Shown: positions 38,416 to 48,724 of the stretch, in pieces
How the letters are laid out: each line of letters begins with the position of its first letter
How positions within the stretch are numbered: position 1 is the first letter of the stretch
From: Deltaproteobacteria bacterium
GTDB taxonomy: Bacteria > Desulfobacterota > Binatia > UBA12015
NCBI GenBank assembly: GCA_046583355.1
Contig: JAYGCM010000017.1
Coordinates: forward strand, 24,162 to 88,161
Reading direction: 5' to 3'
Length of the DNA stretch: 64,000 nucleotides
The notes under the pieces: model-generated
What the model saw: only the letters and a program-made list of their open reading frames with translations
What the model was told of the DNA's origin: nothing
The model's database searches: none
Program-made: the position numbers and the translations under genes

Positions 38416-39921
38416 ATGAGTGATGAACGCACCCCTATTCTTGTCGGCACGGCCCAATCGGTCGAGCGCAATGTAGATCCTGCCGTGGCAACCGAGCCGC
38501 TGGCGATGCTCGAGCAGATGGCGCGCGGCGCTGCGGAGAACGCCGGCGCCGGCGATGCGCTGCTGCGCAAGCTCGATACCGTCGCCGTTTTGACTGTAGT
38601 GGGCTGGCAGGCGCGCAACGGTGCACAGTTGGTGGCCGAGAAGATCGGTGCTCCGGCGAAGAAATTCTATACCTCCGAGATGGGTGGTCAGATCGGTGTG
38701 ACCGCCGTCAACCTGCTCGCCGAACGGATCGTTGCCGGCGAGAGCCAGGCGGCCCTATTGGCGGGCTGCAATAATATGCGTGCGCTCACCAAGGCCGGCC
38801 CGGCCGGTGTCGACCTTGATTGGACGGTCGGCGGCACCAGCGACCCGGAGATGATCGGCGTGGCGAAGGCTGGCAGCTCCGAGCTCGAAGCGAAATACGG
38901 CATGGTCATGCCGCCGGATATTTATCCGATGTTCGAGAATGCCTTGCGCGCTTCGCTCGGACTCTCGCTCGACGAGCATTCCCAGCGAATCGGCAAGCTC
39001 TTCCATGGCTTCAGTGCCGTCGCCGCAAAAAACCCCTACGCCTGGTTCCCGACCGAGCGCAGCGTGAACGAACTCATCACGGCTACGCCGACCAATCGGA
39101 TGATCGCCTACCCCTATACGAAATACCTCAATGCCGTGCTGACCACCGACCAGGCCGCCGGCATGATTCTCACCACGGTGGCCGTGGCAAAGGAGTTGGG
39201 GATCCCGCAGGAGCGTTGGGTCTATTGGCTTGGCGGTGCGGAGACTCAAGAAGAGGCTTGGTTCCCGACCGAGCGCCCGGATTTCGCTAACGTGCCGGCC
39301 ATGGGCGACGCCTCGAAAAGCGCCCTTGCCAACGCCGGCTTGGGCACCGACGAGATGAACCATTTCGACTTTTATAGCTGCTTTCCGATTGCGGTCGAAC
39401 ACGCGGCCCGGCAGCTCGACCTGGATATCGAGGACCCGCGTGGGTTCACCGTGACCGGCGGACTGCCCTATGCGGGTGGGCCCGCGAGCGCCTATACGCT
39501 CCATTCGCTCGCCAGCATGGCCGACAAGTTGCGCGACGAAGGCGGCGGCAAGGGGCTGGTTACAGGCAATGGTTGGTACTTGACGAAGCATTCGGCGTCG
39601 GTCTGGTCGACGGACGCGGGCACGGCCACGCCGAAGCGCGGCCTGCTCGACCGGCTGCCCTCGGCAGGTGCCGAGACCGCGGCACGTCCTTCGACGGATG
39701 CGGTCTCCGGGGCCGGAACGATCGAGGCTTATACGGTGCAATACAACCGTGCGGGTGCGCCGGAGCGCGGTATCCTGGTGGGTTCCACCGAAGACGGGAC
39801 TCGCTTCGTGGCGAATAGCTTTGATCCAAGTGTGCTCGAAGGGCTGGTTACCAGCGAAGGTGTCGGCCTGGCCGGTTCCTTGGCAAAGCAAGACGAGTTG
39901 ACGATCTTCTCCCCGAACTGA
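38416..39921 (+). CDS. Thiolase-like acetyl-CoA acetyltransferase (non-canonical)
   Basis: YPMFENA, NRMIAYPYTK, DQAAG, DFYSCFP, TVTGGLPYAGGP, NGWYLTKHS. Confidence 0.85.
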   Translation: MSDERTPILVGTAQSVERNVDPAVATEPLAMLEQMARGAAENAGAGDALLRKLDTVAVLTVVGWQARNGAQLVAEKIGAPAKKFYTSEMGGQIGVTAVNLLAERIVAGESQAALLAGCNNMRALTKAGPAGVDLDWTVGGTSDPEMIGVAKAGSSELEAKYGMVMPPDIYPMFENALRASLGLSLDEHSQRIGKLFHGFSAVAAKNPYAWFPTERSVNELITATPTNRMIAYPYTKYLNAVLTTDQAAGMILTTVAVAKELGIPQERWVYWLGGAETQEEAWFPTERPDFANVPAMGDASKSALANAGLGTDEMNHFDFYSCFPIAVEHAARQLDLDIEDPRGFTVTGGLPYAGGPASAYTLHSLASMADKLRDEGGGKGLVTGNGWYLTKHSASVWSTDAGTATPKRGLLDRLPSAGAETAARPSTDAVSGAGTIEAYTVQYNRAGAPERGILVGSTEDGTRFVANSFDPSVLEGLVTSEGVGLAGSLAKQDELTIFSPN

Positions 39922-39970
39922 CCGGCCGGACTTGCTGGGGAGGGGCTGGCGCTCGCTGCGCGGCCCCGCC

Positions 39971-41278
39971 TCACGAGCCTGCGGTAGTCGTGCGCGGCGC
40001 GTGCGTCAGCGACGGCAGCCAGACAACGAAGGTACTGCCTTTCCCGTCGTGGGTGCGCAGGCGCAATGCGCCTGAGAGGAGTTCGACCAGACGGCGGGAG
40101 ATATAGAGCCCGAGGCCAAGGCCACCGCCGGAAACCATCGCGGCATCGCCCTGTTCGAAGGATTGGAAGATACGCTCGCTCTCGTCTTCGGGGATACCGG
40201 GGCCGGTATCTTCTACCATGATCTGAAGCCCGCCGGTGCGCGCTGCCACGCACACGCGGACCTCGCCTTCAGTGGTGAATTTCATCGCGTTGCCGACAAG
40301 GTTCATGAGGATGAGATGGATCTTGCGCGGATCACTGGCAAAGTTACTGAGGTTCCCCTCGAGCTCAAAGTGTAGCGAGGTCCGCGGGTTCGGAAAGCGC
40401 TCGTGCATCTCGTGTTCGATTTCCTTGAAAATCGAATCCATCTGGATGGTCTTGATCTGTAGCGAGGTCTGCTGGGACTCGAGACGGTTGAGGTCGAGGG
40501 TTTGCTCGACGAGGCCGAAAAGGCTGTGGGTGGTTCGCCGGATCCGGTCGAGGGCGTCCTTCTGCGCCTCGGTGACCGGGCCGAGGGCATGGTCGGTGAG
40601 GAGTTCCAGGTAGCCGAGGATGACGTGCAGCGGGGTGCGGAATTCGTGCGAGAGGGTCGCCATGAAATCGGATTTGAGCTGGTTTGCGGCGCGGAGCGCT
40701 TCGGTGATGCGCAGCTTGGTCATCGCCCGCGAGGTCAGCTCGCCGAGGCCGATCAGAATTCTCAGATCCGTCTCGGAATGGGACAGCTCGCCGCTCCACC
40801 GAGCACTGCTCAGGCATCCGACGAGATCGTCGCCGTTCCACAGGCCGACGAGCAATACCTCCGGGACCTTGGCCTTGCCGTCGAGCGCACGTGAGTCCTG
40901 CTCGATCGTGCGGCGGGCATAGCCGTGGCGGCGAATGGCCGGCAGGCAGGTGGCATAGGGGCCGAAGAGGAGTCGCCCGCTCGCGATCTCTTCGAGGGGA
41001 TGTCCCTCGCCGGTGGTGCCGGCCGCAAGCCGGAACTCCGCGCCATCGGCCGAGAGGAGGAGGCAAGCGCTGGAGTCCGCGAGAAGCTCGGCGCGGACGA
41101 TCTTGCAGGTCCGTTCGAAGAGGGTGGTTTCGTTCTCGGCCGCGAGCACGTCGCGGCCGGCCTCGGCAAGAATCCCTCGGACCCGGTTCTCGCGCAGCAC
41201 CTCCGCCTGGCTTTCGGCAGCGTCTGGCGCCGTACCGGCTTGGCGCGAGGGTTGGGTATTGTCCAATGGGTGGCTCAT
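39971..41278 (-). CDS. GAF-domain sensor histidine kinase
   Basis: SHEFRTPL H-box, NLVGNAMKFT, VEDTGPGI, GGLGLGL. Confidence 0.92.
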   Translation of the reverse strand: MSHPLDNTQPSRQAGTAPDAAESQAEVLRENRVRGILAEAGRDVLAAENETTLFERTCKIVRAELLADSSACLLLSADGAEFRLAAGTTGEGHPLEEIASGRLLFGPYATCLPAIRRHGYARRTIEQDSRALDGKAKVPEVLLVGLWNGDDLVGCLSSARWSGELSHSETDLRILIGLGELTSRAMTKLRITEALRAANQLKSDFMATLSHEFRTPLHVILGYLELLTDHALGPVTEAQKDALDRIRRTTHSLFGLVEQTLDLNRLESQQTSLQIKTIQMDSIFKEIEHEMHERFPNPRTSLHFELEGNLSNFASDPRKIHLILMNLVGNAMKFTTEGEVRVCVAARTGGLQIMVEDTGPGIPEDESERIFQSFEQGDAAMVSGGGLGLGLYISRRLVELLSGALRLRTHDGKGSTFVVWLPSLTHAPRTTTAGS

Positions 41279-41402
41279 TGTTGGCCTGATTCTGGACCGT
41301 GATGTGGTGCCAAGCCCAATAGAATCGATTCAACGCCTTGCCGCAGGGCGGCGCCGTGCCGTGCCCGTTGCTCTCGCGGCTCTCCCTTGGCATCAGGAGG
41401 GG

Positions 41403-44400
41403 GTGAGTTTACCACGCCTTCTGATAGCAAACCGCGGAGAAATTGCTCTGCGGATCCTTCGCGCCGCCGATGACCTTGGATGGGAAACCGTTGCGCTGCA
41501 TACCGAAGAGGAAGCCGACGCATTGCACGGGCAGCTCGCCACGCGCAGCATCGGTCTTGTCGGGACGGGCCCGGCGCCTTTCCTTGATGCGGCCGCCCTG
41601 GTCGCGATTGCGCAGCGCGAGGGCTGTACCCACCTACATCCGGGCTACGGCTTGCTCAGTGAGAACGCCGCATTGGCGGAGGCGTGTGCGGCCGCTGGCG
41701 TGGTCTTCGTCGGCCCTTCGGCCGCGACGCTCGCGTTGTTTGGCGATAAGGCAGCGGCACGTGCGCTTGCCCTGCGCGTGGGTGTGCCGTGCCTGGAGGG
41801 GACAGCGGGCGCGGCCAGCCTTACGGAGGCGCAGGCGTTCTTTGCCGGTCTGGGGACGGATGCGGCGGTGATCGTGAAGGCGCTTGCGGGCGGCGGTGGC
41901 CGTGGCATGCGCGTGGTGCAGGAAGAGAAGCATCTCGAGCGTTCCTTTGAGCGTTGCCGCTCGGAGGCCAGACGCGCCTTTGGCGTCGATACAGTTTATG
42001 TCGAGCGCTTCCTGCCGCGGGCGCGTCATATCGAGGTGCAGGTCGTTGGGGATGCGGCGGGCGCGTGTATCGCGCTCGGGGAGCGAGAGTGCTCGATTCA
42101 GCGCAACCACCAGAAACTGGTCGAGCTCGCACCCAGCCCGACTCTCGATGCGTCCTTGCGTGCCACCTTGGTGGAGAACTCCTTGCGGCTGGCGCGCGAG
42201 GCCGGCCTGAACAGTCTTTCCACCATCGAGTTTCTGGTTACCGAGACGGGTGCGTTCTATTTCATCGAGGCAAATGCGCGTCTGCAGGTCGAGCATACCG
42301 TGACCGAGGAGGTCTTCGGGGTGGACCTGGTACGCGCCCAGTTGGAGCTCGCCTCGGGCCGCACCTTGGCGGAGACCGGCCTGGTCGCGGCGGCGGCCGC
42401 CGGCCCGCGCGGCCATGCGATCCAGTTCCGCGTCAATATGGAAAGAATCTCGGATACGGGGCAGGCCTTGCCCGCGCCAGCTCGAATCGAGAGCTTTCAG
42501 CCGCCGCTTGGTCCGGGCGTACGCGTCGACTCGGCGGCCTTTGCCGGCCTGGAGCCGAGCCCCTTTTTCGACTCTTTGTTGGCCAAGCTGATCGTGCACG
42601 CACCGGGCCCCTTCGCCGAGGTGCTGCGCCGTGCGACGCGGGCGCTTGCCGAGTTCCGCATTGAGGGGCCGCCTACCAGCCTCGGTTTCTTGCGTGCTTT
42701 GGTGGCAAGGCCAGAATTCGCAGCCAATGAAGTCTATACCCGCTTCCTGGAAGACCACGCCGCGGCGCTGCTCGAGGCGATCTCCGAAGAGCGCCTCGTC
42801 GCCGCGCCCGATGCGCTCGCGGGGCAGGCCGGTATCCGGCTTGCCAGCGATGATCCGTTGGCTGTACTGGACCACGGTCGCCAGAGTGCGGCTGTGTCGC
42901 CCGCCGCGGCGGCGGCGCCGCTTGCCGCCGGCGAGAATGCCGTCACGGCGCCGCTCCAGGGCACAATCTTGCAGGTCGATGTCGCCCCCCATGCGATGGT
43001 TTATGTGGGCCAGCGTCTCTTCGTCATGGAAGCGATGAAAATGGAGCATGAGATCCTGGCCGGCGTGAGTGGCGAAGTCGTTGCGCTCGCCGTGGCGCCG
43101 GGCGACGCCGTGCTCGAGGGCCATCTGTTGGCAAGAGTGCGTGCGGCGGAGGTGGCGGCACGCGCGGAGGACGTGGGCGAAGAGGTCGATCTCGATCGGA
43201 TCCGCCCCGACCTGCAAGAGGTACTTTTGCGCCACGGCGCGGGCGCCGACTCCGCGCGCCCCGAGGCGGTGGCGAAGCGTCATGGGCGCGGCCAGCGCAC
43301 GGCGCGCGAGAATCTGGCCGACCTCTGCGACCCAGGAACTTTCCTCGAGTATGGCGCGCTCACCATCGCCGCGCAGCGCGCCCGGCGCAGCATCGAGGAT
43401 CTGCGCGCCAATACGCCAGCCGATGGACTGGTCTGCGGCGTCGGTTCGGTCAACGGCAGCCTCTTTGCAGAGGAATACGCGCGCTGTGCGATTCTCTCCT
43501 ACGATTATATGGTGCTTGCCGGGACGCAGGGACTACAGAACCACCGCAAGAAAGATCGCATCTTCGAACTCGCTGAGCGTTCGCGTCTGCCGATCGTCTT
43601 TTTCACCGAGGGCGGCGGCGGTCGGCCGGGCGACACCGATGGAACCGGGGTCACTGGGCTCGATTGTCTGGCCTTCCAGTATTTCGCTGGCCTTAGCGGC
43701 TTGGTGCCGCTGGTCGGCATCACTACGGGGCGGTGCTTTGCCGGCAACGCGGCCTTGCTTGGCTGCTGCGATGTGACGATCGCCACCGAGGCCTCCAATA
43801 TCGGCATGGGCGGACCGGCGATGATCGAAGGCGGTGGCCTGGGGGTCTTTCGTCCCGAAGAAGTCGGGCCGTCGGATGTGCAAAGCCGCAGTGGCGTGAT
43901 TGATATTCTTGTCAAGGATGAGAAGGAAGCGGTGGCGGCGGCCAAGAAATACCTCGGTTATTTCCAGGGCAGGCTGAGCGATTGGCAATCCAGCGACCAG
44001 CGTCATCTGCGCCATATGATTCCCGAGAACCGCTTGCGCGTCTACGATGTGCGTCAGGTGATTGAAGGCCTCGCTGACGACGGCTCGGTACTTGAGCTGC
44101 GCCGCGGGTTTGGTCTCGGTATGGTGACGGCCTTTGCCCGCATCGAGGGGCGCCCGATCGGGATTGTCGCGAATAACCCCATGCATCTGGCCGGTGCCAT
44201 CGACTCCGATGGTGCCGATAAGGCGGCGCGTTTCCTACAGCTTTGCGACGCCTTCGATATCCCCGTGCTGATGCTCTGCGATACGCCGGGCATCATGGTC
44301 GGGCCGGCGGCGGAGGCGTCGGGGCTGGTGCGCCATGCGGCGCGCCTTTTCGTTACGGGCGCGAGCCTGACCGTACCGCTTTTCACTGTGGTGCTGCGCA

Positions 44401-44756
44401 AGGGCTATGGCCTGGGCGCGCAGGCGATGGCGGGGGGCAGCTTCCGCACCTCCTTCTTCACGGTCGCCTGGCCCACCGGCGAGTTCGGCGGCATGGGGCT
44501 CGAAGGCGCCGTAAAGCTAGGGTTTCGCAAGGAGCTCGAAGCGATTGAAGACCCGGCCGAGCGAAAGCGTGCCTTCGAGGAGCGCGTGGCGAAGATGTAC
44601 GAATATGGCAAGGCAACCAGCGTGGCGACGGCGCTGGAGATCGACGGCGTGATCGACCCGGCCGAGACTCGCCATTGGGTCCGCCGCGGCCTGGCCTCGG
44701 TGCCAGCGCCGGCGCCACGCCAAGGTCGTAAACGGCCCTTCGTGGATACCTGGTAG
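41403..44756 (+). CDS. Single-chain acyl-CoA carboxylase (BC-BCCP-CT fusion)
   Basis: LLIANRGEIA, HPGYG, RECSIQR, NARLQVEH, EAMKME biotin site, CT motifs DYMVLAGTQG and DTPGIMVGP; GTG start after AGGAGG. Confidence 0.93.
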   Translation: MSLPRLLIANRGEIALRILRAADDLGWETVALHTEEEADALHGQLATRSIGLVGTGPAPFLDAAALVAIAQREGCTHLHPGYGLLSENAALAEACAAAGVVFVGPSAATLALFGDKAAARALALRVGVPCLEGTAGAASLTEAQAFFAGLGTDAAVIVKALAGGGGRGMRVVQEEKHLERSFERCRSEARRAFGVDTVYVERFLPRARHIEVQVVGDAAGACIALGERECSIQRNHQKLVELAPSPTLDASLRATLVENSLRLAREAGLNSLSTIEFLVTETGAFYFIEANARLQVEHTVTEEVFGVDLVRAQLELASGRTLAETGLVAAAAAGPRGHAIQFRVNMERISDTGQALPAPARIESFQPPLGPGVRVDSAAFAGLEPSPFFDSLLAKLIVHAPGPFAEVLRRATRALAEFRIEGPPTSLGFLRALVARPEFAANEVYTRFLEDHAAALLEAISEERLVAAPDALAGQAGIRLASDDPLAVLDHGRQSAAVSPAAAAAPLAAGENAVTAPLQGTILQVDVAPHAMVYVGQRLFVMEAMKMEHEILAGVSGEVVALAVAPGDAVLEGHLLARVRAAEVAARAEDVGEEVDLDRIRPDLQEVLLRHGAGADSARPEAVAKRHGRGQRTARENLADLCDPGTFLEYGALTIAAQRARRSIEDLRANTPADGLVCGVGSVNGSLFAEEYARCAILSYDYMVLAGTQGLQNHRKKDRIFELAERSRLPIVFFTEGGGGRPGDTDGTGVTGLDCLAFQYFAGLSGLVPLVGITTGRCFAGNAALLGCCDVTIATEASNIGMGGPAMIEGGGLGVFRPEEVGPSDVQSRSGVIDILVKDEKEAVAAAKKYLGYFQGRLSDWQSSDQRHLRHMIPENRLRVYDVRQVIEGLADDGSVLELRRGFGLGMVTAFARIEGRPIGIVANNPMHLAGAIDSDGADKAARFLQLCDAFDIPVLMLCDTPGIMVGPAAEASGLVRHAARLFVTGASLTVPLFTVVLRKGYGLGAQAMAGGSFRTSFFTVAWPTGEFGGMGLEGAVKLGFRKELEAIEDPAERKRAFEERVAKMYEYGKATSVATALEIDGVIDPAETRHWVRRGLASVPAPAPRQGRKRPFVDTW

Positions 44757-44832
44757 TCCTCCTTCCGGCCTTGGCGCGCGCATCTTGCGATGCGCTCGCG
44801 TGGCGGCGCCGCATGCTGATAGGTCGACAGGC

Positions 44833-46023
44833 ATGGCGAAACCACTGGACGGAATTCGGGTTCTGGATCTGAGCGCGGTCGTATCGGGCCCTTGGGCGGC
44901 GACAATGCTGGCCGACCAGGGGGCGGAAGTCGTCAAGGTCGAGCCGGTCGGTGGTGCCGATATTCTGCGCTTTCTCGGCAGCGGGCGCGGCGGTATGAGC
45001 GGGACTTTCCACCTGGTGAATCGTGGCAAGCGCGGGATTGCTGTCGACCTCAAGGCAAAGGAGGGCCGCGATATTATCCGCAAGCTGGCCGCGCAATCGG
45101 ATGTGGTCCTGCAGAATTTTCGCCCTGGTGTCGTGGACCATCTCGGCCTCGGCTACGCCGACCTCAAGCGCGAGCGTAAGGATCTCATCTATCTCTCGAT
45201 CAGTGGCTTCGGCCAGGAAGGCCCCTACGTCGACAAGCGGGTCTACGATAATGTCGTGCAGGTGATCTCGGGTATGGCCACGGCGCAAGCCGGTGCCGAC
45301 GGCATTCCGACGCTCTTTCGCCAGCTCGTCTGCGACAAGATCACCTCGATGGCGGCGGCTCAGGCGATTACCGCGGCGCTTTTCGCACGCGAGCGCGGGC
45401 AGGGCGGGCAGCATATCGAGCTGGCGATGCTGGATGTTGCGGTCTCGTTTCTCTGGTCCGACTGCGCCACGGACCATATTCTGCTCGGCGAGGGCGTGGA
45501 CCTCCAGGGGCCGATCGGCAAGAGCTACCAGATGATTCCGCTGAAGGACGGTTGGGGTACGGTGACCTTCCTTTCGGACGAAGAGTTCCGCGGGCTCTGC
45601 CGCGCCTTTGATCATGAAGAAGTCGCGGACGATCCGCGCTTCCGCACGACGGCCGATCGGCTCGCGCATATGAGCGAGTTGATGCCGGTCCTGATCGAGA
45701 AAATCGTGCCGGTGGCGATATCGCTGACACGCGAAGAGACACAGGCGCGGCTCGATGCGAACGATGTGCCGGGCGGCACCGCGAGCCACTTCGCAGAGAT
45801 CCCCGAAAACCCCCAAATTCTCGCTAACCAGACCTTTGTCGAGAGCGAGCACCCCATTTGTGGTCCTTTGCGCGAGCCGCGTCCGCCGATCCGTTTCCAG
45901 GCCGAGGCGCAGGCGCCGGCCGGGCCCGCGCCATTGCCGGGTCAGCATACCGATGAAATTCTGCGCGAACTCGGCCTCGGCGACCAGGTGGCGGCATTGC
46001 GTGCGGCCGGAGTCGTAGGCTAG
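44833..46023 (+). CDS. CaiB/BaiF family III CoA-transferase
   Basis: PLDGIRVLDL, ADQGAEVVKVEP, NRGKR, NFRPG. Confidence 0.93.
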   Translation: MAKPLDGIRVLDLSAVVSGPWAATMLADQGAEVVKVEPVGGADILRFLGSGRGGMSGTFHLVNRGKRGIAVDLKAKEGRDIIRKLAAQSDVVLQNFRPGVVDHLGLGYADLKRERKDLIYLSISGFGQEGPYVDKRVYDNVVQVISGMATAQAGADGIPTLFRQLVCDKITSMAAAQAITAALFARERGQGGQHIELAMLDVAVSFLWSDCATDHILLGEGVDLQGPIGKSYQMIPLKDGWGTVTFLSDEEFRGLCRAFDHEEVADDPRFRTTADRLAHMSELMPVLIEKIVPVAISLTREETQARLDANDVPGGTASHFAEIPENPQILANQTFVESEHPICGPLREPRPPIRFQAEAQAPAGPAPLPGQHTDEILRELGLGDQVAALRAAGVVG

Positions 46024-46242
46024 CGCGGACCCGCCACTCGCCACTGTCCGGTGCTGAGCGAGACTCTGCGCAATGATCCGGCGAGGCGCGCAGGTTCTCG
46101 CGCGCCTTGGGGCCGGCGCCACCGCATCCGTCTTGAATCCGTAGTGTTTTCAGCATCGCAGCCTTGGCACGGCACCTGCAATGAGTCTGGTCATCAATCA
46201 CTTTGAGTGTGGGCCGGGGGCCTGCTCGAACAGGAGAAAAAG

Positions 46243-46728
46243 ATGATCTCGACGAAAAAAATTCTTACGACGACTCTGGCGGCTCTCACCCTTGGCGCGG
46301 TTGCGCTGCTCGGGGTTGCGGCCTCGGCCGAAGCCAAGCCGATGGATGACCATCTGGCCTGCTTCAAGATCAAGGATTCGGCGAAGCTCCGAGTCAAATT
46401 GAACTTGCTCGCGAATGAGGCGCAGGTTCGGTACTCGATCCGCGGTTGTAAAATGAAAGCCCGCGCTGACGAGTTCTGCGTGCCGGCGACCAAACTCGTG
46501 ACCTACGGCGAGCATAGCCCGATCGGCGGCCAGACGCTGCGGAACGACTTCCTCTGCTACAAGCTGCGCTGCGAGCAGCAGGGCTACCAGAAGCGTCAAT
46601 GGGTGAAGGATCAGTTCGGCCGCCGCCAGATTGGCGCCTTCAAGCCGGCCCGAATTTGCACGCCGGCATGGAAACTGGACATCACGGGCACTGATATCGA
46701 GCCCATCGACCCGCAGCCTACGGACTGA
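46243..46728 (+). CDS. Secreted cysteine-rich hypothetical protein
   Basis: Signal peptide ending AEA; DHLACFKI / DFLCYKL and FCVPA / ICTPA internal repeats; AGGAG RBS. Confidence 0.7.
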   Translation: MISTKKILTTTLAALTLGAVALLGVAASAEAKPMDDHLACFKIKDSAKLRVKLNLLANEAQVRYSIRGCKMKARADEFCVPATKLVTYGEHSPIGGQTLRNDFLCYKLRCEQQGYQKRQWVKDQFGRRQIGAFKPARICTPAWKLDITGTDIEPIDPQPTD

Positions 46729-46773
46729 CGCGCCCGCGGAGAGGTTCTCCGCTTAATCATAATAGAGTGCGTC

Positions 46774-46813
46774 AAGGCGCCCTGGTAGGACCCCCCGGTC
46801 TGCCGGGGCGCTT
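46774..46813. terminator. GC hairpin between convergent genes
   Basis: GGCGCCCTGGTAG ... CTGCCGGGGCGCT imperfect stem. Confidence 0.5.
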
Positions 46814-46843
46814 CTGCGTTTGTCGTCCGCCCTTTGCCACAAC

Positions 46844-47845
46844 TCAGCCGGCGGCTGGCGGCTCTATGCCCTCGAACCAGCGTGCCGGATTCTCGTCGAT
46901 CATCGTGGTGATCGCGTCCTCGGCGACACCGAGTTCGCGCAACCGCGGCAGGATGCGCTCAAAGAGATGCGTCACGGTCCAATTCGGCGCCATCTCGGCA
47001 AGCGCGGCGGCAGGGTCGTCGATGACCAACCCGGGGCCGAAGATCGGCCGCCCGAGCCAAGCGCCGCAATTGGCGTCATGCGAGAGGCAGATATGCCGCG
47101 TATGGCCGTCGGCGACCAGACTCGCGATATGTCGGCAGCGTGTTTCATCCGGCATGAGAGTTTCGATGCCAAGACGGTCGAAGCCGATATAGGCGCCCGT
47201 GGCGATAATCTCGCGGTGGTAGGCCGGGTCGTCTTTGCCGTCGGAGTGTCCCACCAGGATCCGATGCGGTGCCACACCTTCGCTGACCAGAAGCGCGACC
47301 TGCTCGGGACCGCAGGTGCCAGCCTCGGTATGCGAGAGGATCGGCACATCGCAGCGCACGGAGGCCCGTGCGGCGGCCTGCAGAAGTTTGCGTTCGTAGT
47401 CACTGATGGTGCCGTTACCGGTCGCAATTTTGATGGCTCCGGCCTTGATGCCGGTCTCGCCGACGCCCTCGACGATTTCCTTTTCGTAGATCGCGGCGAT
47501 GTCCTCCAGTGGCAGATTGCGGAAGGTGTAGGTGAGGCCTTGCTCTTCGAAATAGGCTCCGGTGGTGCAGATCAACTGAATGCCGGAGGCTTGCGCGACC
47601 TCGGCCATGAACTCGACATCGCGTCCGAGATCCATCGGGCAGGGGTCGAGCATCGTTTTTACACCATGCGCGATGATCGAATGCATCGCTTCGATGGAGC
47701 GCTTTTTTGCCTCGTCGCGATCAAATTTCGGGGCCAGCGCATCCATCTGCCAGCCGGGGTAACCGATCAGAAGATGCTCATGAACGAGAGTGCGGCCGAG
47801 ATCGGCCGGGGCGCATGTCCCGGTGACAGTATTCACTTTCTGCAT
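46844..47845 (-). CDS. Phosphotriesterase-related protein
   Basis: LGRTLVHEHL, DLGRDV, KAGAIK, ILSHT, GHSD, GFDRLG, LSHD. Confidence 0.92.
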   Translation of the reverse strand: MQKVNTVTGTCAPADLGRTLVHEHLLIGYPGWQMDALAPKFDRDEAKKRSIEAMHSIIAHGVKTMLDPCPMDLGRDVEFMAEVAQASGIQLICTTGAYFEEQGLTYTFRNLPLEDIAAIYEKEIVEGVGETGIKAGAIKIATGNGTISDYERKLLQAAARASVRCDVPILSHTEAGTCGPEQVALLVSEGVAPHRILVGHSDGKDDPAYHREIIATGAYIGFDRLGIETLMPDETRCRHIASLVADGHTRHICLSHDANCGAWLGRPIFGPGLVIDDPAAALAEMAPNWTVTHLFERILPRLRELGVAEDAITTMIDENPARWFEGIEPPAAG

Positions 47846-47920
47846 GCCCCGGGTAGAGCAGGACTATGGGGATGCGTCCAGCCCCGCCCTTCGGCCGGAG
47901 CTGTGGCGGCGCAATCGTCT

Positions 47921-48520
47921 TCAATTCGCGGCGCTGGCGACGTCCAGGAGGGGGGCTTGGTCGCCGCGGCCATCGGCATGCAGGAGCGCGGCAAGCTCGC
48001 GATAGGCGGGCAGGAACGCGGGGTCGAGCCCGATGGCGTGCCGGATCAGGGCCTCACCGCGTTCGGTATCGCCCCCCATCAGCCAGGGCAGCCGGGCGAG
48101 CATCGCGCCGTGTGCGACGAGTGCGTCAACATAGGTCGGCTGCAAGGCGATCGCCTTCTGGACGGCGTGGCGGACGCGGCGGACGGTAAAAAGAGACTGC
48201 ATACTGGCGCCCTTCTGCTCCAGGGCGCGGCCGAGGGTGCAGAAGAGGGCGAATTGCGCGCGTGCGTCTTCGGGGAAACGCCGCACAGCCCGTTCGGCAA
48301 GCGCAATTGCGTCTTCGAGCGCGGCCGGCCTTGCCGCGGGCGGGGTTGAGTCGAGCGTCTCGCAGGCGCGGATCGCGCGGGTAGCATCGATAGGTGCACC
48401 CGGTGCGTCGGAGTGAAACGGGGTTGCTTCCGCAGTGGCGATGGACGCCAACCCTCCGCTCATGAGTAGCGCGGCAAGAAAGGTGCGCAGGTAGATTGTG
48501 GCGCGGTGCGTCGTTTCCAA
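47921..48520 (-). CDS. Secreted TPR-like hypothetical protein
   Basis: TTG start after GGAGG; signal peptide; AIALQP, LPWLMGGD, AIGLDP. Confidence 0.6.
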   Translation of the reverse strand: METTHRATIYLRTFLAALLMSGGLASIATAEATPFHSDAPGAPIDATRAIRACETLDSTPPAARPAALEDAIALAERAVRRFPEDARAQFALFCTLGRALEQKGASMQSLFTVRRVRHAVQKAIALQPTYVDALVAHGAMLARLPWLMGGDTERGEALIRHAIGLDPAFLPAYRELAALLHADGRGDQAPLLDVASAAN

Positions 48521-48724
48521 GGTGGGCCTCCGATTCGTGATTGAGGACCTGAAAACGAGCAATGTCGATGCCAGAGATGCGCGCAACCGTTCCGGTTGAG
48601 GAATTTACGGCCGGCTCGACCGGCGGGACACGTAGAGGCGTCGGCCGCATAGCGTTTGCGCCATCGGGCGTGCAGGGCTGCGGCCTTTGCCCGGCGCCGC
48701 GGCATTCGGGTCATGCCGCCGAAG

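Noticed and set aside
41013..41402. N-terminal extension of the 1247-aa carboxylase ORF
   Set aside because: It overlaps the kinase gene antisense; GTG 41403 has a strong RBS and begins the BC domain.
46024..46200. Possible cobalamin riboswitch (GCCACTG plus hairpins)
   Set aside because: Other core elements (GGGAA, CCCGC.ACTGT context) were not found; only a GC hairpin near 46081-46110 is evident.
41634..48349. Long antisense or alternate-frame ORFs (41634-43283, 44458-46122, 46820-48349; similarly 9669-11171, 37131-38618)
   Set aside because: Shadow ORFs of real genes, expected at high GC; no motifs.
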